A stretch of DNA of 64,000 nucleotides from a bacterium. GTDB taxonomy: Bacteria > Fidelibacterota > Fidelibacteria > Fidelibacterales > Fidelibacteraceae. Numbering within the stretch: position 1 is the stretch's first letter; every line of letters starts with the position of its first letter. The notes below the pieces were generated by a model, which searched no databases, was not told the origin of the DNA, and worked only from the letters and a program-made list of their open reading frames with translations. Shown in pieces: positions 20,413-29,946 of the stretch. The DNA lies in assembly GCA_963676395.1 (NCBI GenBank), contig OY781066.1, forward strand, positions 1,536,001-1,600,000, in the 5' to 3' direction. A program made the translations under genes and the position numbers.

Positions 20413-21243
20413 ATGAAAAAGAACGTTAAAAATATTGTCAATACGCCTTGGCGGAAAACGGCAACAGCTCTATATAAAAGATCAGTTGATGGACGTGTAT
20501 ACGGTACTTTTGAAGTCCCAATGGATGCCGTTGTAGAATATATTAAAAAGAAGAAAGAAGAAGGTATTCGTATAACGATCACCCAAATTGCCATTGCAGC
20601 TTTGGGTAGAGCAATCGCATTGGATATTCCCGATGTTAATGTTTATGTTAAGCGAGGTAACATTATCGCTAGAGATGATGTGAGTATATATACCACTGTT
20701 ATTAAAGCGGAAAGCAAAGAGATGAGCGGGATCGTTATCGAAGATCTTGAAGATAAAACGATCTTTGATATTAAAAAAGATATGGATGAAAGAGTTGCCA
20801 AATCAAAAAAAAGCTCCCACGAAGAAGGTGTTGGAAATTCCAAAAATGTTTTAGCCTCTATACCATGGCCACTTAGGAACCTTGTTTTAAATATTGTTCG
20901 TTGGTGGCATGTTGAAATGGGTAAGGATTTAAAAGCTTTTAAGCTTACTAAAAAAAGTTTTGGTTCTGTTATGGTTACAAATATCGGTCATCATGATCTT
21001 CAGTTTGGTTTCCCGGCATTAACTCCCATTGCCAATATTCCCGCTGTTATTGCACTTGGAAGAGTACAAGATAAACCCGTTGTTCGTGATGGTAAGATCG
21101 TGATTGGTAAAGTTATGCCGGTAACGGCAACACTTGATCACCGTATTTTTGATGGTTCACAGGGTGGTGTTTTAGCATCAGCCGTTAATCAATATTTGGC
21201 AGATCCCAAATGTCTTGAAACGGCACCTAGAGAAATGATGTAA
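20413..21243 (+). CDS. Stand-alone 2-oxoacid dehydrogenase E2 (acyltransferase) catalytic domain, no lipoyl domain
   Basis: VTNIG, DKPVVRDGKIV and TLDHRIFDG catalytic motif; AGGAGG RBS. Confidence 0.85.
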   Translation: MKKNVKNIVNTPWRKTATALYKRSVDGRVYGTFEVPMDAVVEYIKKKKEEGIRITITQIAIAALGRAIALDIPDVNVYVKRGNIIARDDVSIYTTVIKAESKEMSGIVIEDLEDKTIFDIKKDMDERVAKSKKSSHEEGVGNSKNVLASIPWPLRNLVLNIVRWWHVEMGKDLKAFKLTKKSFGSVMVTNIGHHDLQFGFPALTPIANIPAVIALGRVQDKPVVRDGKIVIGKVMPVTATLDHRIFDGSQGGVLASAVNQYLADPKCLETAPREMM

Positions 21244-21279
21244 AAACAATAGATTATTTAGTTTGAAAATGAAATGATA

Positions 21280-21305
21280 TAAGGGGCGGCCATGGCTGTC
21301 CCTTA
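21280..21305. terminator. Hairpin/terminator between convergent genes
   Basis: AAGGGGCGGC-CATG-GCTGTCCCTT stem with G-U pairs. Confidence 0.6.
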
Positions 21306-21310
21306 CATAT

Positions 21311-21700
21311 TTATGTGTTAATTATACTTTTTTCGCTTATAGCTTGAATTACATTAACCAGCAATAAAGCCAATAAAATCCCAACAATATCAGCGACCCA
21401 ATCTGTTATGTCAGAGGTTCTTCCGGGGGAGTATTGTTGAAACCATTCAGATGTGCATGCGTGCAGAAGCGTCATAACAAAAGCTAAAAGTTTATAATAT
21501 TTGGGTGATCCATCAATTTGTTTAAAAGCCAGGATCATAAGAAGCATAAGTAAAAAATATGAGCCAAAATGCCAGACTTTATCAATAGAAAAGATTTTAT
21601 GGGATGGGAAAGCATCTGAAGGCAAGAGTAAGAAAACCATTAAGATGGTTGAAAACACCAGTGTTAGGGTGCCAAAAAATAGAAATCTTCCTGTCTTCAT
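21311..21700 (-). CDS. VanZ-family membrane protein
   Basis: DKVWHFGSY and SEWFQQYSPGRTSDITDWVADIVG motifs. Confidence 0.9.
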   Translation of the reverse strand: MKTGRFLFFGTLTLVFSTILMVFLLLPSDAFPSHKIFSIDKVWHFGSYFLLMLLMILAFKQIDGSPKYYKLLAFVMTLLHACTSEWFQQYSPGRTSDITDWVADIVGILLALLLVNVIQAISEKSIINT

Positions 21701-23244
21701 TCAAGAACCTCGTCAGTTTTCAATAATATAGGTATTTTTTTAAGAATATCCGAAGCTATCATTGAGCGGTTTCCGAAAGACTCGGCCGCTGCTTGACCGG
21801 CTGTGCCATGGTAGTATGCTGCGAGTAAAACAGCCTCTTCGGGTTTGTGCCCCTGAGCGATAAAAGATGCCATTAAGCCGGCAAGCAGATCACCGCTTCC
21901 TGCGGTGGCCATGCCGGGTGCACCGGTCGGGTGGATGAACACCCGCCCGGAAGGCAGCGCTGTGAGGCTGGTACTTCCTTTGAGGTGAACAATACATCCG
22001 GTTTCAAGCGCATATTCCAACGCGTGCTGAATGGGATCTTCTAATATTTTTTCTGTTGATAAATTTGTTAGGCGGGCAAATTCTCCCGTGTGCGGAGTGA
22101 GAATGATCCCGGAAGAGTTTTTCTTTAAATCCTCTTTTGAAACAAAAAATAATGCGTCGGCATCCAGCACAAGGGGGATATTGATTTTCTCTACCAGCGC
22201 GCGAACCAATTCTCCTGTAGCAGGCATGCGGTTCAGGCCCGGACCCAGTACCATCGCTCCACTTTTTTTCTGTAGGCCCAATATCCCGTCAAGGTCTTCC
22301 GGGATGAGATTATCGGGATTTTTTCCTTCACTGACGATGGCTTCAATAAAGTGTTTTAGGAGTATGGCTTTAACCTTGCCGGGTACATAAGCTTTTAACA
22401 TGCCTGCACCGCCTCGCAGTGCTGCCAGTGACGCCAGCGTCACCGCACCCGGCATGGCGGCCGAGCCGCCTACGCAAAGGACTTGTCCTGCGGAAAACTT
22501 ATGTCCGGTAATCTTTACCGGTTTTAATATTTCTTGGATCAAGTCATGATCGCATAAATATATTTCCGGTTCTGCGAGAGCTAGAGATTCTTGGGGATAG
22601 TCCAGTTCGATCCATTTGGTTTTTCCGCTATATGCTTTTGCTTCTTGTAAAAAATTACCGGATTTATAAAAACCCATTGCCAGGGTTTCATTGGCTTTGA
22701 TCGCAGGTCCTAAGAGTTTTCCGCTATTTCCGCTGATACCGGATGGGATATCCACGGCAATCACATATTGGTCATGTTGATTATCTTTCATGACTGTTAA
22801 GATATCTTTGAATCTACCTTCAATTGGGCGGTCAAGCCCGGTGCCGAAAATTGCATCGATCCAGCAACTATGATCAGATAATTTTGTCCGAAGTTCACAG
22901 GCTTCATTGATAAATTCCGGAGTAATATTATTTTCTACTAATTGATTATAAAAGTATTTTGCATCACCCTTAATCTCTTCAGCCTTCGCGAAGCAGAAAA
23001 GATCAATTTTATCGTAACCCGATGCTTTTAATTCAAGAGCCGCAACATATCCGTCTCCACCGTTATTACCTTTTCCACAGAATATCTGAATATGCTTCAG
23101 ATCATGTTTCTTGCAAGCAATTATGGTTGCATCAGCCACAGCTTTTCCGGCACGATGCATAAGATCGGTACCACTGATAGCTTTTACAATGATCGCATCA
23201 TGATCGATAATCTGTGCTGAGGTGGCGGTGACGATTTTTTTCAT
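21697..23244 (-). CDS. nnr: Bifunctional NAD(P)H-hydrate epimerase/dehydratase (NnrE-NnrD)
   Basis: CGKGNNGGDG, DAIFGTG, AVDIPSG; GPGL, LDADAL, LTPHTGEF, MATAGSGDLLAG. Confidence 0.95.
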   Translation of the reverse strand: MKKIVTATSAQIIDHDAIIVKAISGTDLMHRAGKAVADATIIACKKHDLKHIQIFCGKGNNGGDGYVAALELKASGYDKIDLFCFAKAEEIKGDAKYFYNQLVENNITPEFINEACELRTKLSDHSCWIDAIFGTGLDRPIEGRFKDILTVMKDNQHDQYVIAVDIPSGISGNSGKLLGPAIKANETLAMGFYKSGNFLQEAKAYSGKTKWIELDYPQESLALAEPEIYLCDHDLIQEILKPVKITGHKFSAGQVLCVGGSAAMPGAVTLASLAALRGGAGMLKAYVPGKVKAILLKHFIEAIVSEGKNPDNLIPEDLDGILGLQKKSGAMVLGPGLNRMPATGELVRALVEKINIPLVLDADALFFVSKEDLKKNSSGIILTPHTGEFARLTNLSTEKILEDPIQHALEYALETGCIVHLKGSTSLTALPSGRVFIHPTGAPGMATAGSGDLLAGLMASFIAQGHKPEEAVLLAAYYHGTAGQAAAESFGNRSMIASDILKKIPILLKTDEVLE

Positions 23245-23927
23245 TCTTGTGCCCCTAATTCATCGACAAAGCCCAGGATATCTCCAAATGAGCTAGCCTC
23301 AAAATCCCCACCGTGATTTTGGGTTTCAAGAATATCTCCGTATCGGGCAAATACGGTTTTCATGCCGATGTTTTTTGCTCCAATCATGTCTCGCTCCGCC
23401 CAATCTCCAACCATAATACTTTCTTCGGGATTTACATTTAGCTTGTCTAAAGCAAGACGAAATGGTTTAGGAGAAGGTTTGAATTCACCGGTATCCGAAT
23501 GGGTTACAACCACATCGAAAAGATGATGAAAGTTAAGTTTATATAATCGCAACCAAGCTTCTCGACCGGGAGCGTCTGAGACGACGGCTAATTTAACCCC
23601 TCGTTTTATCAGGGCGATCAAGGTAGCGTAAACACCGGGATAAGGAACAAGTGCCGCTTCGCGAGCAATCTTATAAGCTGTAATGGCTGCTGCGAGATAT
23701 TTATAATTTAGTTCACCGGTGATCTCTTCTATTACATCGTTGAATACTGTTTGATATTCCCACCCTTTGTCTTCGTAGATCTCAAAAATGCGATTATATA
23801 CAAAGTTTTCGTCGGCTTCTAAACCGGCTTCGAGCATGCCTTTTACCGCTCCCCGAATGGCTTCTTTTTTTAATCTGGAAAAGTCAACCAGCGTGTTGTC
23901 TAAGTCGAATATTACTGCTTTTATCAT
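23241..23927 (-). CDS. HAD-superfamily hydrolase, subfamily IA
   Basis: FDLDNTL, KPSPKPF, VGDWAERDMIGA. Confidence 0.92.
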   Translation of the reverse strand: MIKAVIFDLDNTLVDFSRLKKEAIRGAVKGMLEAGLEADENFVYNRIFEIYEDKGWEYQTVFNDVIEEITGELNYKYLAAAITAYKIAREAALVPYPGVYATLIALIKRGVKLAVVSDAPGREAWLRLYKLNFHHLFDVVVTHSDTGEFKPSPKPFRLALDKLNVNPEESIMVGDWAERDMIGAKNIGMKTVFARYGDILETQNHGGDFEASSFGDILGFVDELGAQE

Positions 23928-24551
23928 CTTAAAATATACAGAAGCCTTTTACAAGAGACAAACTCTAAGAGACAAAATTCAATATCTAATCATCAATAAG
24001 TGGATCGTGCTAAATAAAATATTTTATGCTTCTATGAGAGGTAAAAAAATCTTCACATGCGTAAAAAAATCCTTATATTGTCATTAAGATAGAAAAAACA
24101 GGAGAAGCTATTGAAAAATCCTGTATTAAATAAACGTATCATTACACTTAATCCTAAAAAAATATTTTATGTTAAATAATGTTCAATCATATAGTTGATG
24201 TGTTTTGTCACAAAAAATTAAAATAGTAGGGGTTTGCGATAAAAAAAACAATATGCTTATTATTTGCCCGGACAACTTCTAAAGTACGATCATTGACAGA
24301 AAACAGTAACACAGAGGTACAAATTGTTATAGCCTCACGATATTATTATGGTTATGATGGTCTTAGTAAAGATCTATATCAATTCATATGCCGGTTTAAA
24401 AAAGCAGACGCTATAGAGTGGGATTGGTTAAATCGGTTTTGCTAAAACAATTGATCATTTGATTGTGATTGATGTAATAAAAATTAAAATATTCATAGAA
24501 TGTGATATATTTATAAGATAATTAAAAGTAACAATAAAAAGGAGATATAAC

Positions 24552-25016
24552 ATGAAAACAAAATACTTAATTGCAGTGATTGTCATTTTAATGATGTCGG
24601 TATCAGCATATGCACATTGTGAAGTACCTTGCGGTATATATGGTGATAAGGCTCGTGTAGATCTTATTCGTGAACATGTCACGACGATTGAGAAATCCAT
24701 GGATATGATCGAAAAACTTTCGGCTGAAGAAAGTATCAATTATAACCAGTTGGTACGCTGGATCAATAATAAAGAAGAACACGCAATTAAAATACAGGAT
24801 ATTGTCACTCAATATTTTATGTTTCAAAGAGTAAAACCCGTAAATGAAGGTAACAAGAAGGCGCAAAAGAAATACAGTGCCGAATTGGAGGCCTTGCATA
24901 GAATTGCGGTGTCGGCAATGAAAGCAAAGCAAGGAACGGATAAGAGTCATACTCAAAGAATATTAACAAATCTTCATGAATTTGAGCATCTTTATTTTGA
25001 GGAACATGAACATTAG
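24552..25016 (+). CDS. sodN: Nickel superoxide dismutase with Sec signal peptide
   Basis: Ni-hook HCEVPCGIY immediately follows the signal peptide ...VSAYA; NQLVRWINNKEEHA; AGGAG RBS. Confidence 0.92.
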   Translation: MKTKYLIAVIVILMMSVSAYAHCEVPCGIYGDKARVDLIREHVTTIEKSMDMIEKLSAEESINYNQLVRWINNKEEHAIKIQDIVTQYFMFQRVKPVNEGNKKAQKKYSAELEALHRIAVSAMKAKQGTDKSHTQRILTNLHEFEHLYFEEHEH

Positions 25017-25030
25017 AATAAAACATTAAC

Positions 25031-25066
25031 AAAGTAAAAAAGGCTCCTATTGGAGCCTTTTACTTT
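25031..25066. terminator. Bidirectional intrinsic terminator
   Basis: AAAAAAGGCTCC-tatt-GGAGCCTTTT between convergent sodN and the TPR gene. Confidence 0.88.
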
Positions 25067-25078
25067 ATGTCAATCTTT

Positions 25079-26416
25079 TTAGAAAGAGATATCTTTACCT
25101 TGGATTAAACGTTCGCGTTCTTGGTTGATAATTCCACGCCAATTATCATCAGAACGACCTATATTGAAAGCGTTAAGGGCATTTTGTTTGTCACCCAGTT
25201 TTGCATATGCAACGCCCAGTTCAAACCAACCGCCGCCGAAATCACTTCTTGCAGTTGTTACTTCGCGAGCAGTATCTAAAGCTTTTCTGTAATCACCTGA
25301 GCGGTTGTATGCAAAGGCCAGGCGATAATTAGTAAAATATTTCTTAGAAGGATTCGAAATCAATTTGGCTGCTTCAGCCAGTTGAACGATAGCTTCCGTA
25401 TAGCGTTCTTGGTTATTCAATAATTCACCGTAGCTCTCACGAGCTGCCGCTGATTTAGGCGAATAAAGAATCGCTTTTTTTAAATTATTTTCAGCTTTAT
25501 CCAATTGGTTTAAGGCAAGATAAACCTGACCAATTGTGGTATATGATTTAGCGTATGACGGTTTGAGCTCGATTGCTTTTAATAGTGCCTCTTCAGCTTT
25601 TTCGTATTGTTTTAAACGACGATATGTTGAACCGAGGTTATACCACGCCGAGTTAGATGTTGGATTGTATTTAGCCGCTTTTTCCATGTTTTCAGCTGCA
25701 GCGTAGTAATCACCTTGTTTTAAATTAATATAACCCAGTAAACCATAAGCAGAGCCGAATTCCGAGTTAATACGAAGCGAGGTGCGAGTTTTACGTTCGG
25801 CGGTTATAATATCATTCATACGAAGTGCGTCTTGAGCTTCTTTTAATATTTTTCCGGCAAGTATGTTCTTAGCTTTTGAATATTTTTCAACTGTAGGAGC
25901 AAGAATGCTTGCTTTGTCAAAATTATCACGAGCGGCATCATAATCGTTTTCCTGGATTGCAATAAAACCTAAACGATAGTAGAGCTCGGCAACCGAAGGG
26001 TTGGCAACGATCAGTTCATTGTATATTCTTTTAGCGGTTTCATAATTCTGGGCATCCACTTCACGTTGAGCATCCATTACCTGAGTGACCATATCGCGCA
26101 ATTCATTGAATTTATCGCGATAACTTTGTTCTGAAGGGTTAAAGTCGATCGCTTCGCGAACGAGTACTTGAGCTTCTGATAGATTACCGTACATCAATTC
26201 AATTTGATGATAAGCAAAAAGTGCCGGAGCAAAGGTGGAATCTTGTGCCAATACCTCATCAAGAAGAGCTTGAGCTGAAGCGGCATCGAATTCAGTTAAG
26301 AGTTGTGTTGCTGCATCTACTTTTGCTTGATAAGTTTCTTTGTCCGCATCTTGAGCATACAGTGAAAATGCAGAGATAAGGCAAAGGGTCAATATCAAAA
26401 CTTTCTTAAGGTTCAT
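25079..26416 (-). CDS. Exported tetratricopeptide-repeat protein
   Basis: Signal peptide plus multiple TPRs (AWYNLGSTY..KAIELKP, AELYYRLG, GWFELGVAY). Confidence 0.88.
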   Translation of the reverse strand: MNLKKVLILTLCLISAFSLYAQDADKETYQAKVDAATQLLTEFDAASAQALLDEVLAQDSTFAPALFAYHQIELMYGNLSEAQVLVREAIDFNPSEQSYRDKFNELRDMVTQVMDAQREVDAQNYETAKRIYNELIVANPSVAELYYRLGFIAIQENDYDAARDNFDKASILAPTVEKYSKAKNILAGKILKEAQDALRMNDIITAERKTRTSLRINSEFGSAYGLLGYINLKQGDYYAAAENMEKAAKYNPTSNSAWYNLGSTYRRLKQYEKAEEALLKAIELKPSYAKSYTTIGQVYLALNQLDKAENNLKKAILYSPKSAAARESYGELLNNQERYTEAIVQLAEAAKLISNPSKKYFTNYRLAFAYNRSGDYRKALDTAREVTTARSDFGGGWFELGVAYAKLGDKQNALNAFNIGRSDDNWRGIINQERERLIQGKDISF

Positions 26417-26459
26417 ATCGTTTCCTTTCATGTTGGTGTTTAGTTACACCCGACTAGAG

Positions 26460-26544
26460 TGCCCAGGGCGGGACTTGAACCCGCACAACTGTAACAGTTA
26501 CATGGCCCTCAACCATGCGCGTCTGCCAATTCCGCCACCTGGGC
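26460..26544 (-). tRNA. tRNA-Leu (anticodon GAG), CCA not encoded
   Basis: GCCCAGGTGGCGGAATTGGCAGACGCG-CATGG-TTGAGGG-CCATG-long variable arm-GCGGGTTCAAGTCCCGC-CCTGGGC-A; in the classic position after secG. Confidence 0.97.
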
Positions 26545-26553
26545 AAAAACATG

Positions 26554-26584
26554 CAAATATATGCATGCTATAAATTAAATCAAA
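26554..26584 (-). promoter_or_regulatory. Promoter for tRNA-Leu (Bacteroidota-type -33/-7)
   Basis: Minus strand TTTG-N19-TATATTTG ends 9 nt before the tRNA 5' end. Confidence 0.6.
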
Positions 26585-26591
26585 ATAATTT

Positions 26592-26948
26592 CTATTCGCC
26601 TTCGGGTTCTACTGGAGCTGTGGGTTGTTCAACTTCCACGTTGCTTGGCATAGGCAATCCTGATGCTTGCGTAGCAACTTGTTTGCCGGCTTGTTTCTGA
26701 ACGACAGAGGTAGTATTAACGTTGTTGTTACGAACAACATGCAAGTTGATCGCCATGATAAGTACAAAAAAACCAACACCGGCCCACTGTGTGAACTTTG
26801 ATAAAAAAGTAGCCGCTGAACGACCGCCAAGTACCGATGAAGCACCTGTTACAGCTGCCATGCCGTCACCTTTTGATGATTGCATAAGCACAGATAGAAT
26901 CAAAAGAATCGATACGATGATCAATAAAATTACGAGTAAGGTATACAT
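26592..26948 (-). CDS. secG: Preprotein translocase subunit SecG
   Basis: VLMQSSKGDG..GGRSAATFLSKFT; tpiA-secG-tRNA-Leu synteny. Confidence 0.95.
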   Translation of the reverse strand: MYTLLVILLIIVSILLILSVLMQSSKGDGMAAVTGASSVLGGRSAATFLSKFTQWAGVGFFVLIMAINLHVVRNNNVNTTSVVQKQAGKQVATQASGLPMPSNVEVEQPTAPVEPEGE

Positions 26949-26959
26949 TCTATTTTCCT

Positions 26960-27727
26960 TTATTTGCTGAGTTTATCGCCGGTTTCGATCATTGAGAAGA
27001 AATCATCAACTTTCAAACTGGCTCCGCCAATTAACAAGCCGTCAATGTCATTCTCAGAGAGTAAGGTTTCTGCGTTTGCCGGTTTAGCTGAGCCACCGTA
27101 AAGGATTTGAACTTTTTCAGCTGTTTCGGCATCACATCTTTCTTCGAGCACCTTGCGAATAAAACGATGAACATCTTGCGCTTGTTCCGGACTTGCTGTT
27201 AAACCTGTACCGATAGCCCAAACGGGTTCGTAGGCAAGAACGAGTTTTAGAACTTCTTCGTTGCTTAAGTCCGCCAAGGCGCCCAAAACCTGTGTTTTAA
27301 CAACATCTTCAGTGATGTTGCCTTCACGTTGGTCTTTGGTCTCACCGATACAAACAACGGGAGTTAAACCGTTCTTTAGAGCTTGTTTCGTCTTAAGGTT
27401 AACACCTTCATCCGTTTCGCCATAGTATTGGCGGCGTTCTGAATGGCCTAGAAGTACATGTGAGCATTTAGCGTCTAAAAGCATTTCGGCAGATGTTTCG
27501 CCGGTGTAAGCACCGCGATCGGCATCACTCATGTTTTGAGCAGCTACATGAACCGGGGTGTCGCCCAAGATAGAGACCATTGCAGGGATGGATGTGGCAG
27601 AAGGAGCCAAAAGAATTTCAACTTTGTGACCTTCAAGACCTTTAGCTTTGAACGCACGGCAGAACTCTTCCGTTTGAGTTGCTGTGTGGTTCATTTTCCA
27701 GTTTCCGGCAATAAATAATTTACGCAT
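26960..27727 (-). CDS. tpiA: Triosephosphate isomerase
   Basis: AGNWKMN, GHSERR, AYEPVWAIGTG, YGGS, IGGASL. Confidence 0.98.
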   Translation of the reverse strand: MRKLFIAGNWKMNHTATQTEEFCRAFKAKGLEGHKVEILLAPSATSIPAMVSILGDTPVHVAAQNMSDADRGAYTGETSAEMLLDAKCSHVLLGHSERRQYYGETDEGVNLKTKQALKNGLTPVVCIGETKDQREGNITEDVVKTQVLGALADLSNEEVLKLVLAYEPVWAIGTGLTASPEQAQDVHRFIRKVLEERCDAETAEKVQILYGGSAKPANAETLLSENDIDGLLIGGASLKVDDFFSMIETGDKLSK

Positions 27728-27751
27728 TTATTTTTTCCTTTTATAAAGAGC

Positions 27752-28975
27752 TTATTTACAGTTGCAGTTAGGACAGCATTTTTCAGCGATCTCCGCCACT
27801 GCGGGAAGCGTTAAACCTGAGATTAATTCCAAAGAAGCACCGCCACCTGTTGAAACGTGTGAGATACGATCAGAAAAACCCAGTTTTTTAACCGCAGCTG
27901 CTGAATCACCACCACCGACCAGTGAGATAGCACCTTTGTCAGTTGCATCGGCAACGGCTGAACATACGGCTTCGGTACCTTTGGCAAAGTTTGGCATTTC
28001 AAAAACACCCATAGGGCCGTTCCAAAGAACGGTTTTACTATTTGCGATTACATCTGAAAATAACTTAACGGTACGGGGACCGATATCCAAGCCGATTTGA
28101 TCATTTGGCATTGCATCAACATCTACAATTGTTGAAAGGGCTTCATTTTTAAATTCGCCGGCACATACAACATCAACGGGGAGAAGGAAGTTTACCTTTG
28201 ATTCTTTAACGGCTTCAAGAATTTCTTTTGCCAATTCGACCTTGTCTTCTTCGAGAAGTGAGTTGCCGATCTCGTAACCCATAGCTTTGTAAAAGGTAAA
28301 AATCATACCACCACCAACGATCAGGTTATCAACTTTATCCATCAGGTGACGAATGGTATCGATTTTCCCTGAAATCTTTGCACCACCAAGAATAGCCGTG
28401 TAGGGACGTACGGGATCTTCAAGTTTATCTTTTAAGTAGACAAGTTCTTTTTCGAGCAGTAGGCCTGAGACAGGCTTTTCAAAATGTTTTGCAACACCGA
28501 CGGTTGAAGCATGTGCGCGGTGAGATGTGCCAAAAGCATCGTTAACATAAGCATCACCAAACGAAGCGATCTTAGCTGCGAAATCATCGTGGTTTTTCTT
28601 TTCTGCTTTATAAAAACGAAGATTTTCAAGTAGCAGAACTTCACCGGGCTTCAGTGTGGCTGCCATTTCGGCGGCTTCGTCTCCGACGCAGTCAGGAGCG
28701 AATTTTACATCGATATCTAAAAGTTCACCTAGTCTTTTTTGAACGGGCTTTAGTGAGAAAGCTTCTTCGTAGCCTTCACCTTTGGGACGACCCAAATGGC
28801 TCATGGCAATCACTGAACCGCCATCATTCAATACCTTCTTTATTGTAGGCAGTGAAGAGACGATTCGGAAATCATTTGTGATGTTTCCATTTGCATCTAC
28901 AGGAACATTAAAATCCACACGGATCAAGACCCGTTGGTTTGAAAAGTTGACATCGTTTACAGTCAATCGTGACAT
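27752..28975 (-). CDS. pgk: Phosphoglycerate kinase
   Basis: RVDFNVP, SHLGRP, LLENLRF, NDAFGTSHRAHAS, WNGPMGVFE, HVSTGGGASLE. Confidence 0.98.
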   Translation of the reverse strand: MSRLTVNDVNFSNQRVLIRVDFNVPVDANGNITNDFRIVSSLPTIKKVLNDGGSVIAMSHLGRPKGEGYEEAFSLKPVQKRLGELLDIDVKFAPDCVGDEAAEMAATLKPGEVLLLENLRFYKAEKKNHDDFAAKIASFGDAYVNDAFGTSHRAHASTVGVAKHFEKPVSGLLLEKELVYLKDKLEDPVRPYTAILGGAKISGKIDTIRHLMDKVDNLIVGGGMIFTFYKAMGYEIGNSLLEEDKVELAKEILEAVKESKVNFLLPVDVVCAGEFKNEALSTIVDVDAMPNDQIGLDIGPRTVKLFSDVIANSKTVLWNGPMGVFEMPNFAKGTEAVCSAVADATDKGAISLVGGGDSAAAVKKLGFSDRISHVSTGGGASLELISGLTLPAVAEIAEKCCPNCNCK

Positions 28976-29312
28976 TATAAATCCTCCAGTTTGCTTTAGC
29001 TTGCAAATATACTACATATTTATAAAAAAGGAAGTGTTTTTTCAATTGAGACTTGAGTATTGAAGATGAAAATGTGTTTAATTATGTTGAATAGAGAGCT
29101 GAATATATGATGATATTTCTATGGTTGAAAATGTAGGACTTTCGTTTTTCCGTATAAATTTGCATTTAAATTTGCTGTTTTCATTCATCTTTCGGTTTTC
29201 AATTCTTCATAATCTTATTTCTTGGAATTTGTCTCTTGTCTCTTGTGTAAATACTGTTTACATTACTGAGTTAATTTTCGAATATGAATCATATTATCAT
29301 AGAAGGACTATT

Positions 29313-29843
29313 ATGGAATTCAAACATCAGATGATCGGCTCAACTCTGCTGTTCAAATATCACGATCCCGTATTCAACGAAGTGGGGATCATTCACTATA
29401 AGCGCAATCTTGCAACCTTGCTTGGAAAGCATGATGTGAAGGATATTATTCTTGATATTGAAAAGACCAAGATCGTTGATAACAATGGTTTGTCGGCTAT
29501 TATGTTTGCTCGCCGTTATACTGCTGCGCAAGGCTATAAATGTTATCTTGCCATGCCTCGTCCCAAATTATTATCTTTGTTAAAGACGGCAAAATTCACC
29601 AATTTTTTTGAAATATTCCCCCGGAAAGATGAATATCAAGTGTTTTTAAAGGGACTGGTAGAGCAGGCCGATAAAGAAAAAGCCGAAAGAGATGCCGAAA
29701 AAGCCAAAAAGGCAGAAGAAGCTCGCAAGAAAAAAGAAGAAAATAGAAAAAAATCTACTGAAGACGGTGGCAATCCAAATAATGGCAATGGAAATGGGGA
29801 AAACAAACCTCGTAAAAGAATTATCAAGAAAAAAGCCGATTAA
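29313..29843 (+). CDS. STAS-domain (anti-sigma-antagonist-like) protein with charged C-terminal tail
   Basis: AAGGA RBS before ATG 29313; IILDIEKTKIVDNNGLSAI and LLKTAKFTNFFEIF resemble SpoIIAA/RsbV, but DSSG appears as DNNG; K/E-rich tail. Confidence 0.7.
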   Translation: MEFKHQMIGSTLLFKYHDPVFNEVGIIHYKRNLATLLGKHDVKDIILDIEKTKIVDNNGLSAIMFARRYTAAQGYKCYLAMPRPKLLSLLKTAKFTNFFEIFPRKDEYQVFLKGLVEQADKEKAERDAEKAKKAEEARKKKEENRKKSTEDGGNPNNGNGNGENKPRKRIIKKKAD

Positions 29844-29897
29844 TTGTAGTTGGCCGATGCCCGGCAAACGGTCATCGGGGTAAACGATAGAAATATA

Positions 29898-29930
29898 AGA
29901 AGGGCTGAGATGTTCAGCCCTTTTATTGTT
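29898..29930 (+). terminator. Intrinsic terminator
   Basis: AAGGGCTGA-gatgt-TCAGCCCTT followed by TTATTGTTTT. Confidence 0.85.
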
Positions 29931-29946
29931 TTATTCAATATATTAT

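Noticed and set aside
21311..21700. Glycopeptide resistance locus (vanZ)
   Set aside because: Stand-alone VanZ-like genes are widespread, and there is no vanHAX/RS here.
24470..24545. NikR/Fur/Nur operator upstream of sodN
   Set aside because: The region is very AT-rich, and the half-sites (GTAATA/TATTCA) have non-canonical spacing and imperfect symmetry.
26460..26544. tRNA-Leu as an integration site for a genomic island
   Set aside because: No integrase nearby and no duplicated tRNA 3' end seen in the window.
23951..29248. CAAGAGACAA motifs at ~23952 and (inverted) ~29230-29246 as ends of an invertible or mobile 5-kb segment
   Set aside because: The enclosed genes are core (pgk, tpiA, secG, tRNA), there is no recombinase and the match is short; better explained as independent microsatellite scars.
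29121..29312. 64-aa N-terminal extension of the STAS ORF given in the track
   Set aside because: Low-complexity spacer sequence; the RBS supports ATG 29313.
29850..29880. Hairpin CCGATG-C-CCG-GCAAA-CGG-T-CATCGG as a riboswitch or sRNA
   Set aside because: It lies in a 3' UTR before a terminator and lacks the second stem and conserved motifs of c-di-GMP or other riboswitches I know; most likely a stability hairpin.
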